A stretch of DNA of 64,000 nt, taken from assembly GCA_963764165.1 (NCBI GenBank), contig CAVXRD010000002.1:3424001-3488000 (forward strand), in the 5' to 3' direction. The position numbers and the translations under genes are program-made. The stretch comes from an uncultured Verrucomicrobiae bacterium. GTDB taxonomy: Bacteria; Verrucomicrobiota; Verrucomicrobiia; Limisphaerales; Palsa-1400. The notes under the pieces were generated by a model. That model made no database searches, had not been told where the DNA came from, and was given only the letters and a program-made list of their open reading frames with translations. Below, one piece after another: positions 1-10,228 of this stretch; position 1 is the first letter of the stretch, and every line of letters begins with the position of its first letter.

Positions 1-2473
1 GATCCTTAAAGAAGCTGACGCATCCCTCGATGGAAAGCTTTAACACTTCCGCGATGTTTCGGCCTTGCCATGTGACTTCCAGTGTTTCGTCCCGGTAGCG
101 CCGACCCTTGCATGCGGGGCAGGTCACCTCAACGTCGGGCATGAACGAAAGCTGCGTCACGATGGTGCCATCGCCGGCGCATTCTTCGCACCGGCCGCCT
201 TTCACATTGAAGCTGAAGGTGGCTGGACCGAAACCGCGCTTTTTTGCCTCGTCGGTTTGAGCGAATAATTCACGAATGGCGTCGTAAATGCCAACGTAGG
301 TCGCGGGATTGGAGCGCGGCGAACGCCCAATCGGCGATTGATCGATGTCGATTACGTCGTCGATGGCTTCGTGGCCTTCCAACGCATCGTGCGCTCCCGC
401 AAGGATTCGGCTGTCGTACCGAAGAGATGCCAGTTTTTTGTAAACGATTTCATGGACCAGCGAGCTTTTTCCCGAACCTGAGGCGCCGGTCACACAGACG
501 AGGATGCCGAGCGGGACATCCACGTCGATGTTCTGCAAGTTGTTCTGTCGCGCGCCGCGGACTCGCAGGGGGTTCGCATTTGGCGCGCGGCGCTTCGCTG
601 GAATTTCAATTTTCTTGTCGCCGCGAAGGTAAGCGCCGGTAAGCGACTTGGGATCGCCGAGCGCTTTCGCGGGCGGCCCATGCGCAACCAACTCTCCTCC
701 GTGAACACCCGGCCCCGGCCCGATCTCGATGAGCCAATCCGCGGCGCGAATTGTCTCTTCGTCGTGTTCCACCACGACCACCGTGTTTCCCAAATCGCGA
801 AGCCTTTCGAGCGTCGCGATCATTTTCACGTTGTCTTTCGGGTGCAGGCCGATGCTTGGTTCGTCCAGCACGTAGAGCATCCCCATGAGTCCCGAGCCAA
901 TTTGTGTCGAGAGGCGAATGCGCTGAGATTCCCCTCCTGACAATGTGCCCGAGCGGCGATTTAAATTGAGATAGTCGAGCCCAATTCCAATCAGCAACTC
1001 GACGCGGCCTCCGATCTCCTGCAGAACTGTCGCAGCGACGGCAGTCTTATCCGCGCGAAGATCCAGCGACGCCAGCCACTTCTGCAGCTCGCGCAAATGC
1101 AGATCGCCTGCCTCGGGCAGCGTCTTTGCGCCGACCCGCACAAGGCTTCGCGTTTTGCGCAGGCGCGCGCCGCCGCAGTCCGGGCAGTCGTAATCCACCA
1201 TGACCTTTTGCAGGTACTCCTCCATGCCGTCGCGGCTGCTCCCCTGCTTTTGATACCAGCGGTAGTTTCTCTCGATCTGAGGAATGATTCCCTGGAACGA
1301 CATCTTTTTGCCCGCGTGCTGTTCGCCTTGCCGCGCGCCGGGTGGCAATAAAATCTCGATTTTCTCGCTTTTGCTTCCGTAAAAAATCAAGTCTTTGACG
1401 GACTTTGGCAAATCGGAAAATGGCGCATCGAGGCGGAAGCCAAAATGTTTCGCGAGGCTGTAAAGCCATCGGCCGCCCCACGCATTTTTGTCGTGATTGA
1501 ACGCTTCCTTCACAATCGCGCCATCGCCCAAACTTCGGCTGGGATCAGGCACGAGGAGCGTGGGATGCACGCGCTTCGATGTTCCCAGGCCCGCGCAAGT
1601 GCGGCACGCGCCAGCAGGATCATTGAACGTAAAATTGCCGTGGTGCAGCGTGGTGGAAATGAGGTGATGTTCCGCGCAGCCGAAATCTTTCCAGAACTTT
1701 TTCAGTTGAGGGCCGGAAAGCCCTTCCGCATGAAATGAGAAGAATCCGTCGCCGACTTTGGAGCCGTGCTCAATGGCGGCGAGCACATGGCGATCAATTC
1801 CCGGCCCAACGACGAACCTGTCAAGGATTGCTTCGATGAAGGGATGCTCGTCCTCGCCTAATTCGAAGTTGCTTCCCAGGTCCCGCTCCACGCCATCGAC
1901 GCGCACGCGGCGATAGCCTTGCAAGCGCACCTGCTCGAATGCGTATTCCCAGCTCTCGCCGTAAATCTCGAACACCGGCGCGCGCAGTTCCACCCCTGTG
2001 CCGGGCGGCAATTGCAAGAGGCGCTCAAGCATTTGCCGCGGCGAACGCGTCGCCACCGCTTCCTGGCAGCGCGGGCAATGCGGCGTCCCCAGCGTCGCGT
2101 AGAGCATGCGCAGGTAATCCCAAAGATCGGTCATGGTGCCTATGGTCGAGCGCGGATTGCTGCCGACGGTTTTCTGGTCGATTGAAATGACGGGCGACAA
2201 GCCATGCACGAAATCGACATCCGGCTTGCGCAATTGATTCACGAACCGCTTGGCGTAAGCGGACATCGAGGCCAGCAAACGCCGCTGGCCTTCCGCATAA
2301 AGTGTATCGAAGGCCAATGAAGATTTGCCGGAACCGGAAACGCCGGTGATGACCACCAGCTTGTTCCGTGGGAATTCCACTGTGATGTTGCGGAGATTAT
2401 TTTCCCGCGCGCCCTGAATCAGGAGCGTCGAGCGCATCGCGTCATTTTGCGCCTGTTTCGCCTTGACCGTCAC
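1..2473 (-). CDS. uvrA: UvrA-family excinuclease ABC subunit A (partial, runs off the left edge)
   Basis: Not in the ORF track because there is no stop in the window. Manual translation from GTG at 2473 gives [49 protein letters not shown]. The same frame gives [36 protein letters not shown] near 940 and [11 protein letters not shown] near 58. Only these spots were checked. Confidence 0.93.
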   Translation of the reverse strand, partial: MTVKAKQAQNDAMRSTLLIQGARENNLRNITVEFPRNKLVVITGVSGSGKSSLAFDTLYAEGQRRLLASMSAYAKRFVNQLRKPDVDFVHGLSPVISIDQKTVGSNPRSTIGTMTDLWDYLRMLYATLGTPHCPRCQEAVATRSPRQMLERLLQLPPGTGVELRAPVFEIYGESWEYAFEQVRLQGYRRVRVDGVERDLGSNFELGEDEHPFIEAILDRFVVGPGIDRHVLAAIEHGSKVGDGFFSFHAEGLSGPQLKKFWKDFGCAEHHLISTTLHHGNFTFNDPAGACRTCAGLGTSKRVHPTLLVPDPSRSLGDGAIVKEAFNHDKNAWGGRWLYSLAKHFGFRLDAPFSDLPKSVKDLIFYGSKSEKIEILLPPGARQGEQHAGKKMSFQGIIPQIERNYRWYQKQGSSRDGMEEYLQKVMVDYDCPDCGGARLRKTRSLVRVGAKTLPEAGDLHLRELQKWLASLDLRADKTAVAATVLQEIGGRVELLIGIGLDYLNLNRRSGTLSGGESQRIRLSTQIGSGLMGMLYVLDEPSIGLHPKDNVKMIATLERLRDLGNTVVVVEHDEETIRAADWLIEIGPGPGVHGGELVAHGPPAKALGDPKSLTGAYLRGDKKIEIPAKRRAPNANPLRVRGARQNNLQNIDVDVPLGILVCVTGASGSGKSSLVHEIVYKKLASLRYDSRILAGAHDALEGHEAIDDVIDIDQSPIGRSPRSNPATYVGIYDAIRELFAQTDEAKKRGFGPATFSFNVKGGRCEECAGDGTIVTQLSFMPDVEVTCPACKGRRYRDETLEVTWQGRNIAEVLKLSIEGCVSFFKD

Positions 2474-3417
2474 TCTTCCTCCCAGACATAAGCCGGCTCC
2501 TCCACTTCAACCCGGCTTAGCTTGGTCAGCGTGAATGGCGCGGAGAATTTTCCAATGCGCCCGCGTTTCTCGAGCCATTCACAGGCCGATTCCAAATGCC
2601 AGGGGAACAATTGCGAATGCGCGAAGAAGTCCGACAGTTCGCTTAATGGCACCAGCCGCCTCTCCTTCTTCAGGTAGCGCAACGCTGGCTGCAATCGGGC
2701 TTCCGCGTGCTTTTCCAAGTACGCCTCGAAGCCCGCCAATTTCTTTTTGAGCTTTGGCGCTGTTCGCGCGCCCTTCAGCAAATCGGCATAAAGGTCTTTC
2801 ATCACCGCCGGCGCCAGTTGCAGCGCCCGATGAATCATCAATCCCTCGTAAACTTCACCGGAAGCAATGACTTCGGCCGCCGCCACGCAATGCGCGCAGC
2901 CGAGCAATTCCTGGAACGCAAGCTCAAGGTCTTTCTCATCCTCAATCAAGCGCTTGGCGTGGCGATGCGAATGAATCAGCCACGTCGTCGCAATGCACAG
3001 CTCGCGCTCCTGATCTTTGCGCGCCAGCGTGTCGGCTTCCTCAAACCATTTCGCGAGCGAGGTATCGCTGCTGTAAACTAATTTTCGGCGCGCGAAAAAG
3101 CTGAAGCGAAACGCAGTCCGCGCGGAACCCTCAACCATCCGCTTGAATCGTGTGCGCGGAATCAATTCCACATGAAGATTCACGCCTTCCTCGACAAGGG
3201 TGCGGAAAATGCGCGGGTCCTCGCCATCGGCGCGAAGCCGCTTGGTCACGCCGTCCTTTTCGATAAGCCAAAGAGAAATTGCGTCCTTCCGCCAAATCGT
3301 TTCATCGGTCAAACTGCCGACCAGCACCGCCGCCAATACGTTGGGATCTTTCCGGACGCGTTCCAGAAAGAGGGCCAGCGCCGCGTCGAAGCGCTTCAAT
3401 TTTTCGGTGCGATTCAT
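2470..3417 (-). CDS. Nucleotidyltransferase-fold-like protein, catalytic DxD apparently degenerate
   Basis: MNRTEK...VLAAVLVGSLTDETIWRKDAISLWLI resembles the hG[GS]x9-13DhD pol-beta NTase motif, followed by a helical region. Its TGA overlaps the uvrA GTG (GTGA). The longer track ORF (to 3696) runs through a REP and an IS end, so the start was moved. Confidence 0.6.
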   Translation of the reverse strand: MNRTEKLKRFDAALALFLERVRKDPNVLAAVLVGSLTDETIWRKDAISLWLIEKDGVTKRLRADGEDPRIFRTLVEEGVNLHVELIPRTRFKRMVEGSARTAFRFSFFARRKLVYSSDTSLAKWFEEADTLARKDQERELCIATTWLIHSHRHAKRLIEDEKDLELAFQELLGCAHCVAAAEVIASGEVYEGLMIHRALQLAPAVMKDLYADLLKGARTAPKLKKKLAGFEAYLEKHAEARLQPALRYLKKERRLVPLSELSDFFAHSQLFPWHLESACEWLEKRGRIGKFSAPFTLTKLSRVEVEEPAYVWEEE

Positions 3418-3629
3418 CGCATTCACAGAACTGATTTTAAGTGATTTGTAAAGAAAAGATGGAGACCGCAAAAAAAGGCAGGGACGCCTCGCCGAGGCGT
3501 CCGGGGATGTGGCGGTTTGCAGGCGTATAACTTCACTCAAAGATTTGGGCAGGCCAACAGACTTTTCCTCTGGAGCCTTTGAAAAGAAGATCACGCTTGT
3601 AAAATGCCGCAGCCTCGGACGCCTCGGCG

Positions 3630-5312
3630 GAGATTGTCTCAAAACTTCTGTTTTTTGAGGAATGTATTTGACAATATGTGAGCCTTTAGTTGACAATGCC
3701 GTTCAACAAATATGGCTCAACCGATTGCCCCTGATTACGGACAGCAGTTCCTCCTCCCGCCCGCCCTGGAGGACTGGGTGTCCGCCGACCATCCCGCCCG
3801 CTTCCTGCGCGAATTTGTCGACCAGTTGGATCTGCCCCAGCTTGGGTTTGTCATTCCCGCCGCCGCCGAAGGCCGTCCGCCCTATGCCCCCAGCCTCCTG
3901 CTCAAGATTTGGCTTTACGGTTATTTCCACCGCATTCGCTCCACCCGCAAGCTGGAAACCGCCTGCACGGAGCATGTCTCGCTGCTGTGGCTGACGGGGC
4001 TCAACGCCCCCGACCACAACAGCCTCTGGCGGTTCTGGGACGGAAACAAAAAGGCCCTGCGCCAGGTTTTCAAGCAAACCGTGCAGCTGGCCCTCCGCAC
4101 CGGGGCGGTGGGATTTGCCTTGCAAGCGTTGGACGGCACCAAGATTCAAGCCGCCTGCAGCGGGCCGCAGGGCTGGAGCAAGGTTTACATGGAGAAGCTC
4201 CTGGCCCAGCTGGATGGCGCCTTGGAGGAAATCGAGCTCAAAGTCGTGGCGGAGAACCAGGATTCCAGCGCACCGGGCTGCCGGCTGCCCGCCGGGTTGG
4301 CCCAGCGCCAGGCCCTGCGCGAGGAAATCAAAAAAGGCCTGGCCCAGCTGCAGGCCGACGGGCGCCACCATTACCATCCAGCCGAACCGGAGGCGCGCCG
4401 GATGAAAGTCGGCGACACCAACCGCTTTGCCTACAACGCCCAGGCGGTGGCCGACAGCCAGGAGGGCATCATGGTCGCCTGTCAAGCCACCCGCCAGGAA
4501 ACCGACGCCGGCCAGCTGGTCCCCATGATTGAAGAAGCGAGGCAAAACCTCGGTCCGGCGGCCATTCCAACCCTCACCGCCGCCGACGCCGGCTATGGGG
4601 GCGGGGCCGACTTGAAAGCGGCCGTGGAACAGCAGATGAATGTGCTGGCCCCGCCGGCGGAGGGCAAGCCAGCCCACGACAACGCCTACGCGACGCAGCA
4701 TTTTCATTATGACGAGGCGGCCCACACCGTCACCTGCCCGCAAGAGCGCCTTCTGGACCACGAAGGCCAGACCACCAAGAAAGGCCAGACCGTTGAGCGC
4801 TTCCGCTGCCATCACCGAGACTGTCCCGTGCGCGCCCTCTGCAGCCGCGATCCCAAAGGGCGGCAAGTCGAAGTGTGGCCGCACACCACGCTGGTGCAAG
4901 CCATGCGGGCCCGGCTGCAAGAGCCAGGACCCGCCGCGCTTTATGGAAAGCGCAAAGAGATCATCGAACGCCGGTTTGGGCAGCTCAAGCAACACGACGG
5001 CTTTCGGCGTTGGACAGTTTGGGGTCTGGAAGCCGTGCAAGCCCAATGGGCCTTGTTATGCGCCACCTTGAACCTGCGAATCCTCTATAAAAAGTGGCAG
5101 GCCCGGGTCCAGACGCCGAAAATGGAAGTCAAAACCGCCGCGGTTGAAGGAAATTTGGCGATGGCGGCCTAAAAAAGGAGGGAAAGGGAAGCTTGGCGTC
5201 ATCGCTGACGCCAGCCACGCTCTGACAACTAAAAGTTGACACCCGTTTCCACAGCCCCTATTGGTGCCCATATAACCAGATCGGCCAGACTAAAACGTTT
5301 TGAGACAGTCTC
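3630..5312 (+). mobile_element. IS1182-family insertion sequence, 16-bp IRs, 4-bp TSD GGCG
   Basis: IRL gagattgtctcaaaac (3630) and IRR gttttgagacagtctc (ends 5312) match 15/16. GGCG is present at 3626-3629 and 5313-5316. Confidence 0.92.
3712..5172 (+). CDS. IS1182-family DDE transposase
   Basis: N-terminal LPPALEDWV..DHPARF...GRPPYAP..LLKIWLYGY (DUF772-like), ALDGTKI, AADAGY, a Cys-rich insert and RKEIIERRFGQLK. Confidence 0.93.
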   Translation: MAQPIAPDYGQQFLLPPALEDWVSADHPARFLREFVDQLDLPQLGFVIPAAAEGRPPYAPSLLLKIWLYGYFHRIRSTRKLETACTEHVSLLWLTGLNAPDHNSLWRFWDGNKKALRQVFKQTVQLALRTGAVGFALQALDGTKIQAACSGPQGWSKVYMEKLLAQLDGALEEIELKVVAENQDSSAPGCRLPAGLAQRQALREEIKKGLAQLQADGRHHYHPAEPEARRMKVGDTNRFAYNAQAVADSQEGIMVACQATRQETDAGQLVPMIEEARQNLGPAAIPTLTAADAGYGGGADLKAAVEQQMNVLAPPAEGKPAHDNAYATQHFHYDEAAHTVTCPQERLLDHEGQTTKKGQTVERFRCHHRDCPVRALCSRDPKGRQVEVWPHTTLVQAMRARLQEPGPAALYGKRKEIIERRFGQLKQHDGFRRWTVWGLEAVQAQWALLCATLNLRILYKKWQARVQTPKMEVKTAAVEGNLAMAA

Positions 5313-5356
5313 GGCGAGGCGTCCCTACCTCGCTTCGCGACTGAGAGGCATTCGAT

Positions 5357-7813
5357 TTATTGCGCCTTCAAGCCCAGCATCCCGCCGGAGTAGCCGGGTT
5401 TGAGTTGGGCTTCGATGCGCAGGGCGGCTGTTTCAATTCCTGGAAAAGAAAACGTGTTCCATTTGTCCGTCGAGATGGGCGACACAGTTGGGTTGGGGAT
5501 TTCTTTCCATTCGAAGCCGTCAAGGCAAAGCACGCGCCATGATTCAGGGATTCGGCATTCGCCGACGCCAGTGTCGTCAAACCAATAGACTTTCACTTCG
5601 GAGACTTTCTTCGCCTGGGGGAAATCGATCTGCACCCATTCCGTGGTTCCGCGATGGTCCCACCATGTGAAGCGCGGAATATTGTGGTCGTTGGAATTGG
5701 CGGGTTCCATGCCGTCGTCCAAGGCCTCAAGCGTGTCACCGTCAAAACAATGCGAGGCGGTGGCTTTGTAGGCGGGGCCGCGCCATTCGTGTGCGTCAGA
5801 GCCCGAGCCGATCACGGGGAACATCGTGATTCGCAGGCGGGCGGCGCCCATCGGGATCAAGGTGACTTTTTCTTCCGGCTGATCGGAGACCACAGGGCTC
5901 GGCTGCAGTTTGCCGACGACGTTGTTGACATCCGCTTGCCAGCCAGGAATGCGTTTCGCGGTGACTTCCAACTTGATCGGAGCCGTTTCCGGCGTGAAAG
6001 GCTGGGCGGGCAGGGCGCCCTCGGATTGGACGAGCTTGAAGGAGGAGACAGGATTCTCCGGGTTAACCACCAATCCATAATTCCACGGCGAATCTGGAAA
6101 AACGTCCCATTCCGGCCAATTCGGATTTCGCGTGCCGTATTTGACAAAACGCTCCTTAATCGCGAGCGAGAAACTCAGCGGGCCGTAATCCACCGATTCG
6201 GCGTTCTCGTTCTTTTCCCATTTGCGGAGGGTGAGCTTCATGGGGAGGTGCAGGGTGACGTCATCGTGATCGCGCCATTCGCGCTCAATCCGAATATAGC
6301 CCGGCGCATGCCCGCGCAAATCCGCCACTTCGCCGTTGATGCTGACTTCCGCGGCATCGCACCAGCGGGGGACGCGCAAATAGAGCGGGAATTTGCCGGG
6401 TTTGCTTGTCTTGACTGTCAACTGCACCGTATCGCCAAAAGGATAATCCGTTTCCTCTGTAATTTTGACATCCTGAGCATCACCCGCTTTCGCGCTGACT
6501 TCCGACGAGGAGTAAAGAGACGCGCAAAGCCCGTTGTCTGGCGTGGCGAGCCAGAGTTCTTCCGCGTAATACGGCCAGCCGTGCGAAACATTATGCTGGC
6601 AGCAGCGGTAGACCTCGAACGGGCTGTAGGAAACCATCGTGCCGCTGTTCTGAATGTCCGGCGCCTTGTTTTTTTCGTCGAGTTGAATCTGGTTGGCGCA
6701 AGTGATGTAATGCAGAGCCTTTTGGTCGGCGGTCATGGCGGAAGGAAAACTGTTGAACGCAATTTCCTCGCAGCGATCCGCCCAAACCGGATTGCCGGTG
6801 ATTTTTGTCAGCATTTCAAAGCTGTGCATCAATTCGACGATGCCGCACGTTTCGATGCCGCCGCGCGGATCCGTGTAACCCGGCCGGGAATTCTCGTCGC
6901 CCACAAATCCGCCCCCAGGAAATTGCCCGTAGGTGTCGAAGACCTTGTCGTAATTTCGCTCCGCCGAAGCAACATCTGACGCGCTTTGTGAGAGCATCGA
7001 GAAAACCGTCCCAGCGCGAAAACCTTCGGCGATGTTGACATTGTGCCAATTAATCACATCCCCGTCCCAGCGCGCCATGCCCTTGTTTATCTTGCGGGCC
7101 AGATCAAGCAGCCATGGTTCGCCGATGCGATTGTAGAGCCAGAAGATGCTTTCCAGATTGTCGCCGAAGCGAAGCTTCGGCCAATAACCCTCGCCGAACG
7201 CGCTGACGGGCAGCGTATTTTCCCACTGAAAATAGCGCGTCATCAAATCGATCACACGCTTGTCGCTGCTCGCCTCATAAAAAGACTGCAAGACGTTCAG
7301 CATGACCATGTGCGGCCAGAGGTCAGGCTTGCCGTCGAGGCTGGTGAGCAATTCGCGGGGGCCGAAATATCCGTCCGGCCGCTGGGTGGCTATCGCGGCG
7401 TCGATCCATTTTTTCGCTTCCTCCTGGATGGTCGGGTCCTTGAGGACATAGCCAAGATCGCCGTAGCCCTTCAGCCAATACGGCAATTCCTCCCAGCCAA
7501 ATTTTCCGCGCCCCAATTTATCCGCCCACGAACTGCGATTGAAATCGAGCCAAGGCGAGATTTGTTCCAAATGGCCTGTCATGCCATCGCGCTCCAACTC
7601 GAGCTGATGCCGCAGCCAGCCGCGCGGCGTAATTGCGCCGATGGGCAATTTGAAAAAGGGCGAAGGCGACAGCGGCGCGCGATTGCCCACATAAAACGAG
7701 TTTGTAGAATTGAGCGCCGGCTGTTCTACCATGGTGACCTGGCCGAGAGCTGAGGAACCAAATGCGCAAAGGCAAATAACGGCAGCGCATTTGGCAAAAG
7801 CGATAGTCTTCAT
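5357..7813 (-). CDS. Secreted GH127/GH146-like beta-L-arabinofuranosidase with C-terminal F5/8-like beta-sandwich
   Basis: Signal peptide, ETCGIVE and YRCCQHN Zn-Cys motifs, ETDYPF, LRVPRW and LIPMGAARLRIT. The C-terminus carries a WWDHRGTTEWVQIDF discoidin-like module. Confidence 0.8.
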   Translation of the reverse strand: MKTIAFAKCAAVICLCAFGSSALGQVTMVEQPALNSTNSFYVGNRAPLSPSPFFKLPIGAITPRGWLRHQLELERDGMTGHLEQISPWLDFNRSSWADKLGRGKFGWEELPYWLKGYGDLGYVLKDPTIQEEAKKWIDAAIATQRPDGYFGPRELLTSLDGKPDLWPHMVMLNVLQSFYEASSDKRVIDLMTRYFQWENTLPVSAFGEGYWPKLRFGDNLESIFWLYNRIGEPWLLDLARKINKGMARWDGDVINWHNVNIAEGFRAGTVFSMLSQSASDVASAERNYDKVFDTYGQFPGGGFVGDENSRPGYTDPRGGIETCGIVELMHSFEMLTKITGNPVWADRCEEIAFNSFPSAMTADQKALHYITCANQIQLDEKNKAPDIQNSGTMVSYSPFEVYRCCQHNVSHGWPYYAEELWLATPDNGLCASLYSSSEVSAKAGDAQDVKITEETDYPFGDTVQLTVKTSKPGKFPLYLRVPRWCDAAEVSINGEVADLRGHAPGYIRIEREWRDHDDVTLHLPMKLTLRKWEKNENAESVDYGPLSFSLAIKERFVKYGTRNPNWPEWDVFPDSPWNYGLVVNPENPVSSFKLVQSEGALPAQPFTPETAPIKLEVTAKRIPGWQADVNNVVGKLQPSPVVSDQPEEKVTLIPMGAARLRITMFPVIGSGSDAHEWRGPAYKATASHCFDGDTLEALDDGMEPANSNDHNIPRFTWWDHRGTTEWVQIDFPQAKKVSEVKVYWFDDTGVGECRIPESWRVLCLDGFEWKEIPNPTVSPISTDKWNTFSFPGIETAALRIEAQLKPGYSGGMLGLKAQ

Positions 7814-7920
7814 GACGTGTTCCATGCAATATGCGGGGGATTACCAAGGCAATCAACCTGAAGGATCCGAAGCGCCTGCCAATCACAAAACATCGAGAAA
7901 AGTTACGATTCCTCGCCCCA

Positions 7921-8421
7921 TTAAACGACCAGATCCGTCGGCTTGAATACATCAATCTCCGGAATCCGATCAAAATGAGGATCGCTCGATGCGATGAGCG
8001 AGACGCCAGCGCGGATGCTAGCGGCGAGTTGGAGCGAGTCATTAGTCAGCAGACCATGCCGGAGCTGAAGCTCGACGGCCTATAATAAATCTCCCGCTTC
8101 AAGCGAAAGCAAAGTCAACTCACCCGAAAGCAAATCCTCTACATCCAGCCGATACTCCTTCAAGCGGGATAGCAATTCCCGGTCTTGGCCAAAGGCGCGC
8201 GCTGGATTGGAGCCCACCAACCCGAGACTTTGCGCTTCTTGCATCATGCGGCGATGGCAAAATTCCGCCGCAGCGATGGCCGCGACGAATCCTCGAACGT
8301 CCCCTCCCGCACATCGGGCAAGAAGGCGCCGGCACTGCTCGGAGGCGCCCTGTCGCGCGTAAATGACGATGTTGGCGTCCAGCATAACGCCAGCCCCTGC
8401 GGGGATTTCATCCAAGGTCAT
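7921..8421 (-). pseudogene. PIN-domain (VapC-like) toxin interrupted by an in-frame TAG at 8080-8082
   Basis: MTLDEIPAGAGVMLDANIVIY... stops at TAG. The same frame continues AVELQLRHGLLTNDSLQLAASIRAGVSLIASSDPHFDRIPEIDVFKPTDLVV* to 7921, which holds the remaining PIN acidic residues. Confidence 0.85.
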
Positions 8422-8657
8422 TGTTCCAAGCAATCCGATTCCATGGTCGCCTTGAATTGTTGCGGTGTAAGGGCGAAGCCAGGTTTCGCCAAAAACCTCC
8501 GCAGTCCGGCATGGCCGAGCGTGCGCGCGGTTCCTGCCCCGCTCTGCTCAGGCTCAAGAATCGTCAGCAAGGCGTTTGCCTTGAGCGGCAACTCCTCTGC
8601 GTTCCGCGTGCGCACACGACCACGTTCCAGTTCAACCTCAACTGTCCTGTAGTTCAT
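8418..8657 (-). CDS. Putative antitoxin of the PIN toxin
   Basis: Small ORF (MNYRTVEVELERGRV..) upstream of the PIN gene with an ATGA overlap. Confidence 0.6.
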   Translation of the reverse strand: MNYRTVEVELERGRVRTRNAEELPLKANALLTILEPEQSGAGTARTLGHAGLRRFLAKPGFALTPQQFKATMESDCLEQ

Positions 8658-8800
8658 GCCGAAAGTTACATCAGCCAACCTATGAAAACAAAAGCAAAAC
8701 TTGGGCGGGTGCCGTCATCATAATTGCGGCTTTTGTGTTCGCGACGCTCGTGCAACCGATTTTCCGCGCCTGTCCCACATCATGACGAATCTCAGCCCGG

Positions 8801-9406
8801 CTAGTTCCCAGCTAGGATGTATGGACGCAGCTTTCGTTTCAGGGCTTGGCGTCCCCGATGAATGATCATCTTCGTTGTAGACATTGATATGCCCTGGGCA
8901 ATTGAGATTTGCTCGTAGGACAATTCCTCCTCCAGCAATAAATGGAAGACGCACCGTTGCCGGTCTGGCAGAGCGGCCAGGGCCTGATGGACTTTTTCCT
9001 CCAATTCGCGCCGCATCACCTCGCGCGGCGTCGTGTCGTCGCGAAGATTTTCGCGGGGTGGCTCGATGGTTTCGCCCTGCTCGGTCTCAAGCGGCCGGGT
9101 CAAACCGCGCCAATGCCGCCACCGGCGGCGAAGCTCGTTGCGGCACAAATTGCGGGCGATGGTGAAGAGCCAGGCCGAGAACTGGCATTCAAACCGGAAA
9201 TGCGCGCAGTGTTGAAAGGCCTGGACGAAGACCTTTTGGGCCACATCCTGCGCTTCGTCCTGATCCTCCAGGAGGCGGGCGGCAAACCGCACGACTTGTT
9301 GCTTATATTTGGTGACAAGGATGTCAAACGCATTAAGATCGCCCCGCGCGCTTCTCATGAGGAGTGCATTTTCCAGATCGACGGCGGGCAAGGGATTCAT
9401 TTGCAT
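8801..9406 (-). CDS. ECF sigma-70 factor
   Basis: Region 2 DEAQDVAQKVFVQAF..FSAWLFTIARNLCRNELRR and region 4 LPDRQRCVF..LSYEQI. The start is uncertain (9400-9478). Confidence 0.88.
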   Translation of the reverse strand: MQMNPLPAVDLENALLMRSARGDLNAFDILVTKYKQQVVRFAARLLEDQDEAQDVAQKVFVQAFQHCAHFRFECQFSAWLFTIARNLCRNELRRRWRHWRGLTRPLETEQGETIEPPRENLRDDTTPREVMRRELEEKVHQALAALPDRQRCVFHLLLEEELSYEQISIAQGISMSTTKMIIHRGRQALKRKLRPYILAGN

Positions 9407-9589
9407 AAAGTATTCCTGATGTGAGGTGATACGCGGCGATCCGGAAAAACCACGAACCCGCGGCATTTTAATTTTCATGCAAATGCTTTCGTGGAAATCG
9501 GGCCAGCGAACGTATTACCTGATGAACATGGAATTGCGATGAATGGCATCTCGATTGAAAATACGCAGCCGAACCTGCATTCCGCGACG

Positions 9590-10228
9590 ATGGAGCCTAT
9601 GGGAAAATTGAGCCATCTGAGTTCGCTCTTTCGGATGACCGACGAACAGGCGATGTGGCGGGTCCAGAATAACGAGGACGACGCCGCGTTCACCTGCCTC
9701 GTCAAACGGTGGGAGGGGCCGATTGTCCGGCTTTGCGCCCGGATGACGGGCGACCTTCATCGCGGCGAGGACTTGAAGCAGGAAGCCTTCGCCCGCGTGT
9801 TTGCGCGGCGGAAGGATTTCCGGCCAGACGCGAAATTTTCCACCTGGCTTTGGCGCATTGCGCTGAATCTTTGCTATGACGAGCTTCGCCGCCGGGAATG
9901 CCGCCCGCAAACAACCGCGGCGTTCGATCCAGAATCCGAAGGAACCGCGCCGGAAGCGCCTTCGGAGACACTCGCGCCGGATGCTCAAATGACGGCCACC
10001 GAAGATCACGGGCTGGTTCGTCAAGCGCTGCTGCGTTTGCCGGAAACGCAGCGGGCCGCACTTGCCCTTCGGTATTGCGAAGGATTGAAACTGCGCGAAA
10101 TCGCCGAAATTCTGCAAGTGCCGGAGACAACGGCGAGTTCGCGCATCGCCGCCGGCCTGGCCCAAATCACGCGGCTCCTGGAACCCGACTTTAGTTCCCT
10201 GCCCACCTCAACGACTCGAAGATTATGA
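9590..10228 (+). CDS. ECF sigma-70 factor
   Basis: TDEQAM..GEDLKQEAFARVF..KFSTWLWRIALNLCYDELRR and LPETQRAALALRYCEGLKLREIAEIL. The start is uncertain. Confidence 0.9.
   Translation: MEPMGKLSHLSSLFRMTDEQAMWRVQNNEDDAAFTCLVKRWEGPIVRLCARMTGDLHRGEDLKQEAFARVFARRKDFRPDAKFSTWLWRIALNLCYDELRRRECRPQTTAAFDPESEGTAPEAPSETLAPDAQMTATEDHGLVRQALLRLPETQRAALALRYCEGLKLREIAEILQVPETTASSRIAAGLAQITRLLEPDFSSLPTSTTRRL

Larger units (their letters stand above)
3477..5329. repeat. REPIN/MITE-like element (GGYAGGGACGCCTCGCCGAGGCGTCC arms) interrupted by IS1182
   Basis: Left arm ggcagggacgcctcgccgaggcgtcc at 3477. The right arm is split as ggacgcctcggcg | IS | ggcgaggcgtccctacc. An intact homologue lies at 24993-25156. 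Confidence 0.85.

Noticed and set aside
3418..3696. N-terminal extension of the 408-aa track ORF
   Set aside because: It runs through the REP element and the IS1182 left end, so it is a fortuitous open frame.
3703..5046. 447-aa antisense ORF over the IS1182 transposase (and similar long antisense ORFs over GH127, glgB, greA, gltX, dxr)
   Set aside because: These are shadow ORFs expected from high-GC codon bias, with no recognisable motifs.
8080..8082. Amber codon as pyrrolysine or a recoded stop
   Set aside because: TAG ends ordinary genes in this window (rsmB, gltX, dxr), and no pyl genes are seen.
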